Positions 49,285 through 59,521 of a stretch of 64,000 bases of DNA are shown piece after piece. The notes beneath the pieces are model-generated. The model was given only the letters and a program-made list of their open reading frames with translations. It searched no databases and had not been told where the DNA came from. How positions within the stretch are numbered: position 1 is the stretch's first letter; every line of letters starts with the position of its first letter. This DNA is from a virus (taxonomy: Duplodnaviria; Heunggongvirae; Uroviricota; Caudoviricetes), in IMG/VR virus record IMGVR_UViG_3300047202_000060; one strand, given 5' to 3'. The position numbers were made by a program, and so were the translations under genes.

Positions 49285-52200
49285 CAACTCCATGGTATGA
49301 CCCAAGTTGGCAATATAGAAAGAGTCATGTTATTATTCATGCGGCTGGGGCTGGTACTCTCTATCAGAAGAAGATCATAGTTCACTATGGTTCAGGTACT
49401 TCTACTGGTGATGATGTCTATTGTGATAGTCATTGCAAGACAGATTTTGGAGACATCAGATTTACGACTGATGATGGAACTACTCTATTGGACTATTGGA
49501 TGCAAGAGAAGACGGACTCGAACAATGCTATCTTCTGGGTTGAAGTTGCTGATGACTTGACTTCTGTTGACAAGACAATTTACATTTATTATGGTAATGC
49601 TAGTGCTACAACGTCTAGCAATGGAAAAAATACCTTTTTAATCTTTGACCATTTTGACGGTTCTTCATTAGACCTTTCTTATTGGAGCGTTCTCCAAGGA
49701 AATATTCCCCCTGTTAGCGATTCAGAAGTTGAAATATTTGGAGCAAGTGGTTGGTATAATGTTATTCAGACTATAAATACTGATGGTTGTACTACTGGAA
49801 GAGAGGTACAAGCTAAGGCAAGAGTTGTAGCTATATCTACGGGTCATGGAACTCAAACGATTGCGGTTTGTCCCTCAACTCAATATGCTGGATGGTATGC
49901 AGACAGTTTTGGTGTATATATGGCTAGAGATAGTGCTTTCCACTCAGCGAGTAACCCTATTACTGGTAATTACATTTTTCGTACAAGAGCAACTTCTACT
50001 TATCAAGAGTTCTATGCTATAGGTGCAGAAACTTGTGGACCAATTACTGTTACTGCCGCTTGGACTCCTGTGGCTGATTATCTCAATATAAGTTTGGGAC
50101 CACCAGCAGACATCTTTTATGATTGGGTATTTGAGAGAAAATTTGTTGACCCCGAACCAACCAACTCAACGTGGGAAACAGAAGAAGAAGGTCCTACTAA
50201 AAGTAAAACTTATTCTATTGATATGATATTGAAATTATTAAATATACCAAAAATTTATGGTGTTGACGTTATACTTACTAATATGGTTACAAGAGAAATA
50301 TCAACATCAATAGATACTATATTTTCTCCCGCTCCACCAGTTCCCCCAATAACAGGAGAAACTTTGGTTTTGAAAAATCTAAATGGAACTTTATGGTGCA
50401 AACCAATAAGTTGGAAAGAATCTCAAGAATGCCCACCAGCTATTAGACCTCTTCCTTTAGCTCTATCTGAACGCTTAGATGCTGATACTTGGGTTCTTAA
50501 ACCTAGAACGCTTGAGTTTAAAGTTAGATTGTCTGACAGAGAAAAAGGTCGTTTCGAAGGAATAGTTGCTAATACATTTGAATCAATCTATGATTACGGT
50601 ACTACAACACCAAGCACAACAAATACTTATACGGACATCTTTCTCTATTATGATTATGGTGGACCAAATGAATATATATGGCATTATACTGTATGGATAG
50701 CGAACAAAGATTATAAATGGGAATACTCATATCAGAACGGTAGATATGTTAGATGGTGGATTTTAACTATTGTTTGCAATGTAAAAGATTTCACAGGCTC
50801 ATCTCATATAGAACCACAATATCCCCTTTCAACTGTAACAATAGATGCTCATACATTAGATTTCATATTAGACTTTGAAAGAACAGATAAACATCCACCT
50901 ATGCTTCCAGAATGGATTAATCAAACTGAAGCGGTTGATAGTTATCTTTGGAATGAATGTGTCTTGGACGTTGCATATACATATCGAGCAACTAATAATG
51001 AAAAATATCTTATGGATATAACATTGCGAAATCACTCCAAAGTGGTATGGGAAGATTTCATTCATAATTTATTCTCAATAGCTGGCGAAGGTAATGGTGT
51101 TTGGGTTTCTTCTATTGAAGCCCAATGGGATGATATAAATTGGGTAAAACCATGGAAAATAACAGTTGCAATAAAAGCCAATAATAGCGAAATAGAAAGT
51201 AGAACAGCCAATTGTATTGTTGAAAGTTATGGTGTTGATAATAATGGAACCCATACTGGACCAGACAATTTGGGTATTTTATATCTTGACGAATTACCAA
51301 CTGCTCAAACTCTTCCATCAACTGTTAATGTAGATGTTGGAGTACATATTTTCTATTTCTATTTACCAGATGAGGCAATATCCTTCTATGATTGGGGTGT
51401 AGCGGGTAATGCAATTATATTAGAAAAGAATACATTTGGTAGAGAAAGTACACTTACAGTTCTTGTAACTGGAAATTGTTTTATTATTCCAAAATATGAA
51501 TATATTATAGAAATAACATGTTTCACTATTGCATTGTTTTCTGAATTAGAAAGTGACCCCGATATAATTAATTATGGAAGTATATTAATTGATGAAGAAG
51601 AATCTTGTATTCCATCAGATTATATTATTGCTTCTACTCCTTCCTCAGATTCTCATACTTTAGAATATATACCATTAGAAGGTTATATATTTGACCATTG
51701 GGAATCGAGTGAAAATATAACTATAACAGACCCTAACGCTAATTCGACAACTTTTACAATTGAAGGAAGTAGTTTTGAATTAGGATGTATAACAGCAATA
51801 TATAGCCTACTATGCATTACTCTTGCATTATCTTCATCTTCTGGATTAGAAGAAATAGTTAATGGTGGGTTCGAAACAGGAGATAGTACGGGATGGATTG
51901 TTTATTTAGGAGAAATTACAACTAATAATCCCCATAGCGGAAATTATTGTGCTAAAGCTATTTATGATAGTGAAGCTGGTGGTATCTACTTAGATATACA
52001 TCAAGATTTTACATCTTCAATTCCAATTGATTCAATTGCCTCATTTAACGTATGGATAAGATCATCTGAAACTGACAATACTTGGGTTGCTTTTTCTAAC
52101 GGTATAACTATTTATAATTATAAACTTACAGATACTACTAATGATTGGAAAGAATATAACTTGTTTGCTCTTATACAAACAGCAGATTATTATGGAAATA

Positions 52201-54053
52201 TACCAACTGGAAACTTGATTTATGTAGAAATCTTTAATGGAAACGAAACAGAAGCTACAGCAATTGATGATATGAGTTTGAAAGAAATAGGAAACTATGG
52301 AAGTATAGAAATTGATGGGGAAGGAAGCGAATGCTTACCAGATGATGTTACTCTTACTGATTATGATTCTCATACTATAGAATTTATACCAGACCTAGAT
52401 CATCCTGAGTATATATTCGACCATTGGGAAGTACATTGTGGTAATGTAACTATAACAAACCCATTAGATAATTCCACATCTTTTTCGATTACAAGCGGAA
52501 CTTTAGCATGGATAATAGTTGTACTTACAGTTACAAATTCTCATAATATTAACTTATCATCAGCTAGATACTTCTGGGATGAAACATTAACTGATGATGG
52601 TCCATGGATTATTAATATTACTCCATACGAATTAATAGTTGGAAGTGGAGACCAATTCTGGCTTGAAGGAAATTGTGGTCATTATGGAACAGAAGAAAAA
52701 ATAGTTAATGGTGAATTCGAAGATGGTACTACTGGATGGACTCTTGGATTAAATGCGGCTCTAAGTACAGATAATCCTCATTCTGGAACATATGATATAA
52801 TATTTCCTCTAAGTGAACAATATGGATATGGCGATTATGTATCTCAGACACTTGTTAATCCAGTTCGTGGAAATGATTTAATTTCGGGTGGTTTCTGGTT
52901 TAGAAATCCAGAACCACAACCTATAGGAGTAGTAGAAGTTGATGTTACCTTTGCTGGTTATGGCACTTATAGTTGGTGGTATCAAACTGATAATGGAGAT
53001 CATGATTGGACATATGCCGATTTGTTGGCTTCAATTATCGGAACTGGTTTGGATACATATCTCATAACAGACATAAAGATTGTACGTTTTCATCCACTCT
53101 TTGGAAGTACCACGATATATATAGATGATGTCTCATTAATTGCTACTTCTGCTTCTTGGGTAGAAGGTGGATGCAACATTTATGTTTATCTCGATGGTCA
53201 TACACCAACTGAGCCATATTATCTTAGCTCAGATATTTCATGGGGTCCAAACTATTTATCCACTCCTTTCGAAATATTGACGCATATTGGAAGTGCATTT
53301 GATGGACACAGAATAACTACAGTCGTAATTGAACCCGTTGTAGGTGGAGATACTTTCCTTGATGATGGTAGAACATGGGGTCTCACAGGACTCAATCTAG
53401 GAACTATAACGGTTGATGGAAGTCCTTACAGTCTTCCAAATACAATTCCTGAGCCAGATGGAGATTACACGATTCTTTATACCCCAATAGATGGATACAT
53501 ATTCGACCATTGGGAAGTACATGATAATATAACAATAGATGATGATTTAGCAAATCCGACAACAATACATATTACGGGAGATGGGTCATTAGTTGCAATA
53601 TATACATATATAAAAGGAGAACAAGTATATAATGGAAGCTTGGATGAACTAGGATGTCCTTATGAACCGTGTGGTTGGTCTGTTGCTGGTTGGGGCGTAT
53701 ATGATATAGTTAACTATCATTCTAGTCCTTATGGCTGGGAAATGGGTGGATATGCAGATTTAGCACAAGGTTTAATACGAAACGTTCCTGTAATTTGGAT
53801 TACTTCTGCCTCATGTTGGTTCCGTGCCAAATTAACACAAATGACAATACAATTGAATGTTCAATATACAGATGATTCATATGAAAGTTATAGTCGTGAT
53901 ATTACGAATGAAGAAGTAAATGTTTGGACTAAATGGGATTTTAAATCTCTTCTTAACCCAGCTAAAACAATTCAATGGATTGAGTTTTCATTTGGATGGT
54001 ATGGGGAAGGTGGTTCAGATGGAACCATTGATGACATAAGCATAGTGATATAA
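49281..54053 (+). CDS. DUF2341-domain virion protein with repeated carbohydrate-binding-like (NGxFE) and YIFDHWE modules
   Basis: WYDPSWQYRK...DFGDIRFT..DGTTLLDYW...FWV...IYIYYGN...FDHF; VNGGFETG, VNGEFEDG, YNGSLDE; three YIFDHWE repeats. Confidence 0.75.
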   Translation: MTTPWYDPSWQYRKSHVIIHAAGAGTLYQKKIIVHYGSGTSTGDDVYCDSHCKTDFGDIRFTTDDGTTLLDYWMQEKTDSNNAIFWVEVADDLTSVDKTIYIYYGNASATTSSNGKNTFLIFDHFDGSSLDLSYWSVLQGNIPPVSDSEVEIFGASGWYNVIQTINTDGCTTGREVQAKARVVAISTGHGTQTIAVCPSTQYAGWYADSFGVYMARDSAFHSASNPITGNYIFRTRATSTYQEFYAIGAETCGPITVTAAWTPVADYLNISLGPPADIFYDWVFERKFVDPEPTNSTWETEEEGPTKSKTYSIDMILKLLNIPKIYGVDVILTNMVTREISTSIDTIFSPAPPVPPITGETLVLKNLNGTLWCKPISWKESQECPPAIRPLPLALSERLDADTWVLKPRTLEFKVRLSDREKGRFEGIVANTFESIYDYGTTTPSTTNTYTDIFLYYDYGGPNEYIWHYTVWIANKDYKWEYSYQNGRYVRWWILTIVCNVKDFTGSSHIEPQYPLSTVTIDAHTLDFILDFERTDKHPPMLPEWINQTEAVDSYLWNECVLDVAYTYRATNNEKYLMDITLRNHSKVVWEDFIHNLFSIAGEGNGVWVSSIEAQWDDINWVKPWKITVAIKANNSEIESRTANCIVESYGVDNNGTHTGPDNLGILYLDELPTAQTLPSTVNVDVGVHIFYFYLPDEAISFYDWGVAGNAIILEKNTFGRESTLTVLVTGNCFIIPKYEYIIEITCFTIALFSELESDPDIINYGSILIDEEESCIPSDYIIASTPSSDSHTLEYIPLEGYIFDHWESSENITITDPNANSTTFTIEGSSFELGCITAIYSLLCITLALSSSSGLEEIVNGGFETGDSTGWIVYLGEITTNNPHSGNYCAKAIYDSEAGGIYLDIHQDFTSSIPIDSIASFNVWIRSSETDNTWVAFSNGITIYNYKLTDTTNDWKEYNLFALIQTADYYGNIPTGNLIYVEIFNGNETEATAIDDMSLKEIGNYGSIEIDGEGSECLPDDVTLTDYDSHTIEFIPDLDHPEYIFDHWEVHCGNVTITNPLDNSTSFSITSGTLAWIIVVLTVTNSHNINLSSARYFWDETLTDDGPWIINITPYELIVGSGDQFWLEGNCGHYGTEEKIVNGEFEDGTTGWTLGLNAALSTDNPHSGTYDIIFPLSEQYGYGDYVSQTLVNPVRGNDLISGGFWFRNPEPQPIGVVEVDVTFAGYGTYSWWYQTDNGDHDWTYADLLASIIGTGLDTYLITDIKIVRFHPLFGSTTIYIDDVSLIATSASWVEGGCNIYVYLDGHTPTEPYYLSSDISWGPNYLSTPFEILTHIGSAFDGHRITTVVIEPVVGGDTFLDDGRTWGLTGLNLGTITVDGSPYSLPNTIPEPDGDYTILYTPIDGYIFDHWEVHDNITIDDDLANPTTIHITGDGSLVAIYTYIKGEQVYNGSLDELGCPYEPCGWSVAGWGVYDIVNYHSSPYGWEMGGYADLAQGLIRNVPVIWITSASCWFRAKLTQMTIQLNVQYTDDSYESYSRDITNEEVNVWTKWDFKSLLNPAKTIQWIEFSFGWYGEGGSDGTIDDISIVI

Positions 54054-54138
54054 AATGCCAAATCGAACTAATTGTTATATTTATCCAAAACATTTATATA
54101 GTAGAACTGAGTATAATAATATGAAGAGGAAATAGGGT

Positions 54139-54588
54139 ATGACAGATTGCGAAGACAATTATCGTACACGAATACAAGCAAATGTAGAAGGAGAATTTAC
54201 TACTTGGGCTGAAAAAAGTTTCAGTCCAGTAAGTGGAGATTTTCTTACTGAATGTTGGGGTTATTTTGATGAGGCTGGACAAAAATTCTGGGAACATGGT
54301 GGGGGTCCTCATGGTAGTGATGAGGCAGTAATAGATTTAGTAACTGGAAACATAACTTATATTGCTGGACACCCAGATTGGTATCCGAATGCCGCTTCTA
54401 TTTTTGGCAAATATATACTTCAAATTGGTAGTGGTACAATAGACATCTATAAAGAAGGTATAATTCTTTATAGTATAACTATTAGTTACAGCATTCTCTC
54501 ATTTGGCGGTCCCTACATAAGTCCTAGTGGAAAATGGATAGTTGTTTTGGATACAGAAAATAAATTACACTTTTATGAAGGAAGTTAG
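54139..54588 (+). CDS. Beta-propeller-like virion accessory protein, paralog 1
   Basis: Shares MTDC.D.Y..RI.A..EG..TTW.E...SP.SG and the C-terminal F..GS with the next gene. Confidence 0.55.
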   Translation: MTDCEDNYRTRIQANVEGEFTTWAEKSFSPVSGDFLTECWGYFDEAGQKFWEHGGGPHGSDEAVIDLVTGNITYIAGHPDWYPNAASIFGKYILQIGSGTIDIYKEGIILYSITISYSILSFGGPYISPSGKWIVVLDTENKLHFYEGS

Positions 54589-54591
54589 AAT

Positions 54592-55101
54592 ATGACGGAT
54601 TGTAACGATTTGTATTGTGCTCGAATAAAAGCATGTTTAGAAGGAGACTATACAACTTGGACTGAAATGAATTATAGTCCAATTTCTGGGGCAAGTATAG
54701 AAGGTGTAGATGAAACTTACGAAATCAAGATAGCGGAAAAGTCTGGTTGTTTGTTTATATTTTCAGAACAAGCGGATGGCTATGTCTATAAAATAGACCT
54801 TGAAGCTGGAACAGTAACAACCTTACCAAATGGTGGAATATCGTTTGCTTCTTCAAGATTGCGTGACATTACTTCTCTTCTTGGAACATACTTTATTATT
54901 AGAGATGAAGTTACTGGTTCCCCGAAATATACGTTGAATATTTATAAAAATGGGTCTCTTCAACTCGGCATCCTAGATTTGTATCAAAATTCATCAGATT
55001 GTTTATCTTGTATATCTATTAGTTCTTCTGGTCTCTATATAGCTGTAATTACTCTAAATGGAAGCGGAGATACCTGTATCAGAGTGTTTAAAGGAAGCTA
55101 A
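54592..55101 (+). CDS. Beta-propeller-like virion accessory protein, paralog 2
   Basis: Tandem paralog of 54139-54588. Confidence 0.55.
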   Translation: MTDCNDLYCARIKACLEGDYTTWTEMNYSPISGASIEGVDETYEIKIAEKSGCLFIFSEQADGYVYKIDLEAGTVTTLPNGGISFASSRLRDITSLLGTYFIIRDEVTGSPKYTLNIYKNGSLQLGILDLYQNSSDCLSCISISSSGLYIAVITLNGSGDTCIRVFKGS

Positions 55102-55556
55102 AGCGTTATTGTCATAGTTTTTGTTTCTTTTTCGTAGTCCGCTTCAACACTCATCGAACACTTTTCTATTATGCTCTTTTTCAATTCTTTTAAAAATAAG
55201 TCTGGTCGGTCAACTTTGATATTTTTACCCATTAATGAATACCACTTTTCATTGTCTAAAGACCACTCTAACCGAGAATGAGAAATAACTTCCATTGTAA
55301 TAGGAATACTTGTTGATTGTGCTGATTCTTTCTTGTTCAATCCGACTATTAAAACAGAAATACATTTCTTACATATTGCTTTCATATCTTCTGTAAGAAA
55401 ATCTGGTTTACTTCCACAATTTGAACATTTCTGTTCTCCGACCCACTCATCTGGCGGCAAGGGAAATAATTTCATCTTAAACTGTTTAATAGGTTTGAAC
55501 ATAACATTTGAAACAGTTCCTAAATCTGAGTCGGCTATTCTGAGTTCAATCCTCAT
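55098..55556 (-). CDS. Hypothetical protein with Zn finger
   Basis: CSNCG...CKKC. Confidence 0.45.
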   Translation of the reverse strand: MRIELRIADSDLGTVSNVMFKPIKQFKMKLFPLPPDEWVGEQKCSNCGSKPDFLTEDMKAICKKCISVLIVGLNKKESAQSTSIPITMEVISHSRLEWSLDNEKWYSLMGKNIKVDRPDLFLKELKKSIIEKCSMSVEADYEKETKTMTITL

Positions 55557-55867
55557 TAAACAAGCCTCAAATTCTTAGTAAATTGTTTTGTCTCTTCGGT
55601 TTGGCGGAATCCTAAACATGTCATTGTTCCCGCTGGAACTTCAGTTAAGCCAGCATCGAGAATATATCTTAAACAATGATGTGTATGGAATATCTTCATA
55701 AATGTTTCATGATCTGCTTTGAGAACTATAGCTCGTCCAACTATCTTATAGTCGTCTGCAAGCAACATTGCAACGTGACTAACCTGAGCGGCAATCTTGC
55801 CCTTACTCATACCTAGACTTTCATCAATGATATATACGAACGTTATAGATAGGTCAACTTTTCTCAT
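55556..55867 (-). CDS. pth2: Peptidyl-tRNA hydrolase, archaeal/eukaryotic Pth2 type
   Basis: LGMSKGKIAAQVSHVA, AIVLKA, ILDAGLTEVPAGTMTCLG. Confidence 0.9.
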   Translation of the reverse strand: MRKVDLSITFVYIIDESLGMSKGKIAAQVSHVAMLLADDYKIVGRAIVLKADHETFMKIFHTHHCLRYILDAGLTEVPAGTMTCLGFRQTEETKQFTKNLRLV

Positions 55868-55884
55868 GGAAATCTATAAGTAGA

Positions 55885-56280
55885 TTATCGGCTTCCTTTA
55901 TAAAGGTTGCGGTTTATAATCATTTGACTAGCAAAACTTATAGCATGTGTATCTGGCAGAACTTCAACTGTAATTTCTCCACATAATGGTCGTTCATGAA
56001 GTATAGTAATCCGTTTACATGCCGTTTTAAATTCTTGCCAATTTCCAAAAACAATATGATGATATGATGTTCTTGCTTTAAGAACTTCATATGGTTCTGC
56101 ATTTACATCTAATCCTCTTGAATCCATAATTATGCAAAGTTCTCCTTTTATTGTGTCTATGCCATGGTCTTCTTCAACCTCTTTTTTTGACCGATTGAAT
56201 GCTTCTCTATTCGAGAATGTATAAGTGAAAAATTTTCTCATACACATTTGAATTACCTCTACATTAGATAGTGAGTACAT
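55885..56280 (-). CDS. Hypothetical protein
   Basis: Co-directional; own TATA box at about 56280-56297. Confidence 0.45.
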   Translation of the reverse strand: MYSLSNVEVIQMCMRKFFTYTFSNREAFNRSKKEVEEDHGIDTIKGELCIIMDSRGLDVNAEPYEVLKARTSYHHIVFGNWQEFKTACKRITILHERPLCGEITVEVLPDTHAISFASQMIINRNLYKGSR

Positions 56281-56299
56281 ATATATAAAGTTTGCGGGT

Positions 56300-56716
56300 T
56301 TACAAATTAATTACTGGTTTTCGTTTTAATCTCTTTGGAATCCACACGAAGTCATCATTATCTATTTCTTCGGCATAATCTTTCTTTTTAACATTTCCAA
56401 ATATAACCAACTTTTGAACTTCTGGATTATTCAAATGTAACATTCCAATTTTCTCATAAAATGGAACAGCATCGTCTAATGAGTCAAGTACGAGCGGTAA
56501 TCTCTTTTGTTGAGCAATACACTTTAAAGCATCAAATAACAATCGTCCATATCCGCATTTCTGATAGACACCTTCTGTATTAACATTGCTAACTAAAATT
56601 TGTGTACCATCAAAGGTAAATAATGCTTTTGCCGCTTCTACCTCGTCAACCATAACCTTTACTTCTTCCGCTTTCATGTCCACGATAATGGATACAATTT
56701 TTTTAACTCGCCTCAT
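56300..56716 (-). CDS. GNAT-family acetyltransferase
   Basis: SNVNTEGVYQKCGYGRLL (acetyl-CoA motif A) and DAVPFYEKIGM (motif B). Confidence 0.75.
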   Translation of the reverse strand: MRRVKKIVSIIVDMKAEEVKVMVDEVEAAKALFTFDGTQILVSNVNTEGVYQKCGYGRLLFDALKCIAQQKRLPLVLDSLDDAVPFYEKIGMLHLNNPEVQKLVIFGNVKKKDYAEEIDNDDFVWIPKRLKRKPVINL

Positions 56717-56866
56717 GTTGGTTCACCATATATGCCAAGTGCTTCCACCTATATAAATCTTACGAACGTATTTAACTAATTCCGTAATGTTTATAAGTGA
56801 CGCATTCCACACCACCATCTAGGTAGGTGGGGTATTTGGGGAGCAAAATCCTAACCTTTTGGAATT

Positions 56867-56882
56867 TTAATCAACTGATTAA
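56867..56882. promoter_or_regulatory. Palindromic operator copy 5, just upstream of the polB BRE-TATA
   Basis: ttaatcaactgattaa followed by gacgcaacatttatata. Confidence 0.7.
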
Positions 56883-56935
56883 GTAGGACGCAACATTTAT
56901 ATAGTTGTAAGACAAGTTGTATATAGTGAACGCAA

Positions 56936-59392
56936 ATGCTTTACATCGTTTCCGCTGATTATGACTATTCATTGAACTGTATAGTTCTTAAATTATATAA
57001 TACAGATACAGAAAAACTGGAATATTATTATGACACGGTTTTTAAACCATATTTTTACTCAAGAGAAAAACAAAACTTCGAAGGAATTATCAAACAAGAA
57101 CAAGTCGAACGATATGATGCGCTTCACGATGAGCAGATTAGAGTTTGGAAAGTTACAGTAAAAAGTCCAGACATAATTAGAACGCTCAATAGAAAACTTG
57201 ACACTTGGGAAAATCAACAAGTTGAAGTCTGGGAAAATCATATAAAATTTATAATGCGTTACATATATGATAATGACATAAAAATGGGTATGCCTTATTT
57301 ACGAGAAGGGGGAATGCTTCTTCTCAATATGGATAAAAATGCGGAAATAAGAGTTAAAGAAATAACTGAACTGGTCAAACCCGAAACTTATAATCAAATT
57401 ATTTGTGAGCAATTAACTAAACTTCTTGAATACACAGCACCAGAATTTAAACGTGTATCTCTTGATGCCGAAGTTCTCAGCGAAGGAAATAAAATTCCAA
57501 GTCCTTCTAGTGCTAACTTGCCAGTAATTTGTGTTTGTATGGTTTCTAATACTGGCGAAAAACACGCTTTCATTTTAATTCAAGAAGAGAAAGAATTCAC
57601 TTGTCCAGAAGATGCAAATATTTCTTGGTTTTCAGATGAAGCAGAACTTTTAGAAGCAGTATTCAAATTTGGTAGTGAATATCCATTCATTATTACTTTC
57701 AATGGAGATGATTTTGACCTTCCATATTTAATGAATAGGGCAATTCGACTTGGAATTCCAATAAAAAATATTCCAATAACCCATGGCGTTAAAGAGAAGA
57801 TCGCTTACTGGAAAGATGCTATACATATAGACCTCTATAAATTCTTCTCAATTAAGTCTATGCAAAACTATGCATTTCAACAAAAATATAAAAATGTTAC
57901 TCTTGATGAAGTCTCAAAAGCATTAATAAAGGAAGGTAAAACAAAAGGCGTACACGAATGGGTCAATGATATGACCTATGAAGAACTTCTTACTTATTGT
58001 CTAAATGATGCAAATATCACAATTAAACTAACTACATATAGCGATAACGTAGTAATGAACTTAATTCTTGTCTTAGCTCGATTAAGTTATATGCCTATTG
58101 AGCTAGTAAGTCGTAAACCCATTTCTCAATGGATTAGAAGTTTCATATATTATGAACATCATAAACGAAATACAATTATTCCACGAACGGAAGACATTAA
58201 AGCAATGAAGGGAGAAACAATTACAAAAGCTTTAATCAAAGGAAAGAAATATAAAGGTGCAATTGTTGTAAACCCTATAGCTGGATTTCACTTCAATGTT
58301 AAAGTTGGAGACTTTGCAAGCCTATATCCTTCAATAATCAAGAACTGGAACCTCGGATATGCTACAGTTAACTGTCCACACGATGGATGCAAAAGTAATA
58401 CATTTGCTGGTATGAAACATTGGATTTGCCTCAAAAATAGGGCAATTGAGTCGCAATTAATAGGTACTTTGAAGGATTTACGTGTAAAATGGTATAAAAA
58501 GATGGCAAAAGATAAGAATAATCCATTAAAACCATGGTATTCAGTAGCCGAACAAAGCATAAAAGTTATCTGTAACGCCTCATATGGAGTGTTTGGGGAC
58601 GAAAAATTTGTCCTATATTGTCCACCTATGCCAGAATATGTGACAGGTATCGGGCGATGGATAATCACTCAAACCATTCAACATGCTCAAGAACTAGAAT
58701 TAAACGTCATAGCTGGGGATACAGACTCAGTATTTTTCAAGAATCCGCCGCCAGAAGTGCTGGACCAATTGTTAACTTGGGCAAAAACTCAATTTGATAT
58801 AGATTTTGAACTGGATAAAGACTACAGATATGTTTGTCTTAGTGATCGCAAAAAGAATTACTTTGGAGTTTTGAAAGACGGAACAGTTGATGTGAAAGGA
58901 TTAACAGGAAAGAAAAAACATACTCCACAAATAATCAAAACACCATTTGAAGAAACTAAGAAAATATTAGCTCAAATTTACACAGAAACCGATACCCAAA
59001 AAGGAAAGACAGCCATCTTGAAACTGGTAAAAGAAACTTATACTAAACTAAAGACGCGCAATTTCGGAGATATGGAAAACTTGGCATTTCACGTAACAGC
59101 TTCTAAAGATATTGACCAATATGATAGTGACCCGCAACACATCAAAGCGGCTAAACTTCTTCAAAGGGCTGGTTATGATATAGGCGAAGGTTCAGATATT
59201 TCTTTCGTTAAAACCAAAGATAAATTAAAAGTAAAACCTACTAAACTAGCTAAACCCGATGATATAGACGTTAGTAAATATACTGAATATCTCAAAAACA
59301 CGTTTATTCAGGTACTAGAACCACTCGGACTCGATTGGGATAAAGATATTCTTGGGTGTGTTCTTTTAGACAGTTATTGTTCGAAGGAATAA
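56936..59392 (+). CDS. polB: Family B DNA polymerase resembling TACK PolB1
   Basis: Exo motifs SLDAEV, FNGDDFDLPYL, YCLND; polymerase motifs DFASLYPSII, KVICNASYG, AGDTDS; CPHDGC...HWIC insert as in PolB1. Confidence 0.95.
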   Translation: MLYIVSADYDYSLNCIVLKLYNTDTEKLEYYYDTVFKPYFYSREKQNFEGIIKQEQVERYDALHDEQIRVWKVTVKSPDIIRTLNRKLDTWENQQVEVWENHIKFIMRYIYDNDIKMGMPYLREGGMLLLNMDKNAEIRVKEITELVKPETYNQIICEQLTKLLEYTAPEFKRVSLDAEVLSEGNKIPSPSSANLPVICVCMVSNTGEKHAFILIQEEKEFTCPEDANISWFSDEAELLEAVFKFGSEYPFIITFNGDDFDLPYLMNRAIRLGIPIKNIPITHGVKEKIAYWKDAIHIDLYKFFSIKSMQNYAFQQKYKNVTLDEVSKALIKEGKTKGVHEWVNDMTYEELLTYCLNDANITIKLTTYSDNVVMNLILVLARLSYMPIELVSRKPISQWIRSFIYYEHHKRNTIIPRTEDIKAMKGETITKALIKGKKYKGAIVVNPIAGFHFNVKVGDFASLYPSIIKNWNLGYATVNCPHDGCKSNTFAGMKHWICLKNRAIESQLIGTLKDLRVKWYKKMAKDKNNPLKPWYSVAEQSIKVICNASYGVFGDEKFVLYCPPMPEYVTGIGRWIITQTIQHAQELELNVIAGDTDSVFFKNPPPEVLDQLLTWAKTQFDIDFELDKDYRYVCLSDRKKNYFGVLKDGTVDVKGLTGKKKHTPQIIKTPFEETKKILAQIYTETDTQKGKTAILKLVKETYTKLKTRNFGDMENLAFHVTASKDIDQYDSDPQHIKAAKLLQRAGYDIGEGSDISFVKTKDKLKVKPTKLAKPDDIDVSKYTEYLKNTFIQVLEPLGLDWDKDILGCVLLDSYCSKE

Positions 59393-59521
59393 ATATGAAT
59401 AAAAACGGGTTTTATGTGGTAAAGAATATTCTACCAAAGGAGCATTTCATCATCTTGCTCTCGGATTTTGTAGTAAAAAATGTCACGAAGAGTGGAGAAA
59501 AAAAGAAAAACTTAACCTATT

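Noticed and set aside
43768-55101. Diversity-generating retroelement acting on the tail adhesins
   Set aside because: No reverse transcriptase and no template/variable repeat pair with adenine-specific mismatches was seen.
3177-59392. Inteins or introns in MCM, RadA, TerL and PolB
   Set aside because: Lengths are normal, motifs are contiguous and no intein splicing motifs were seen.
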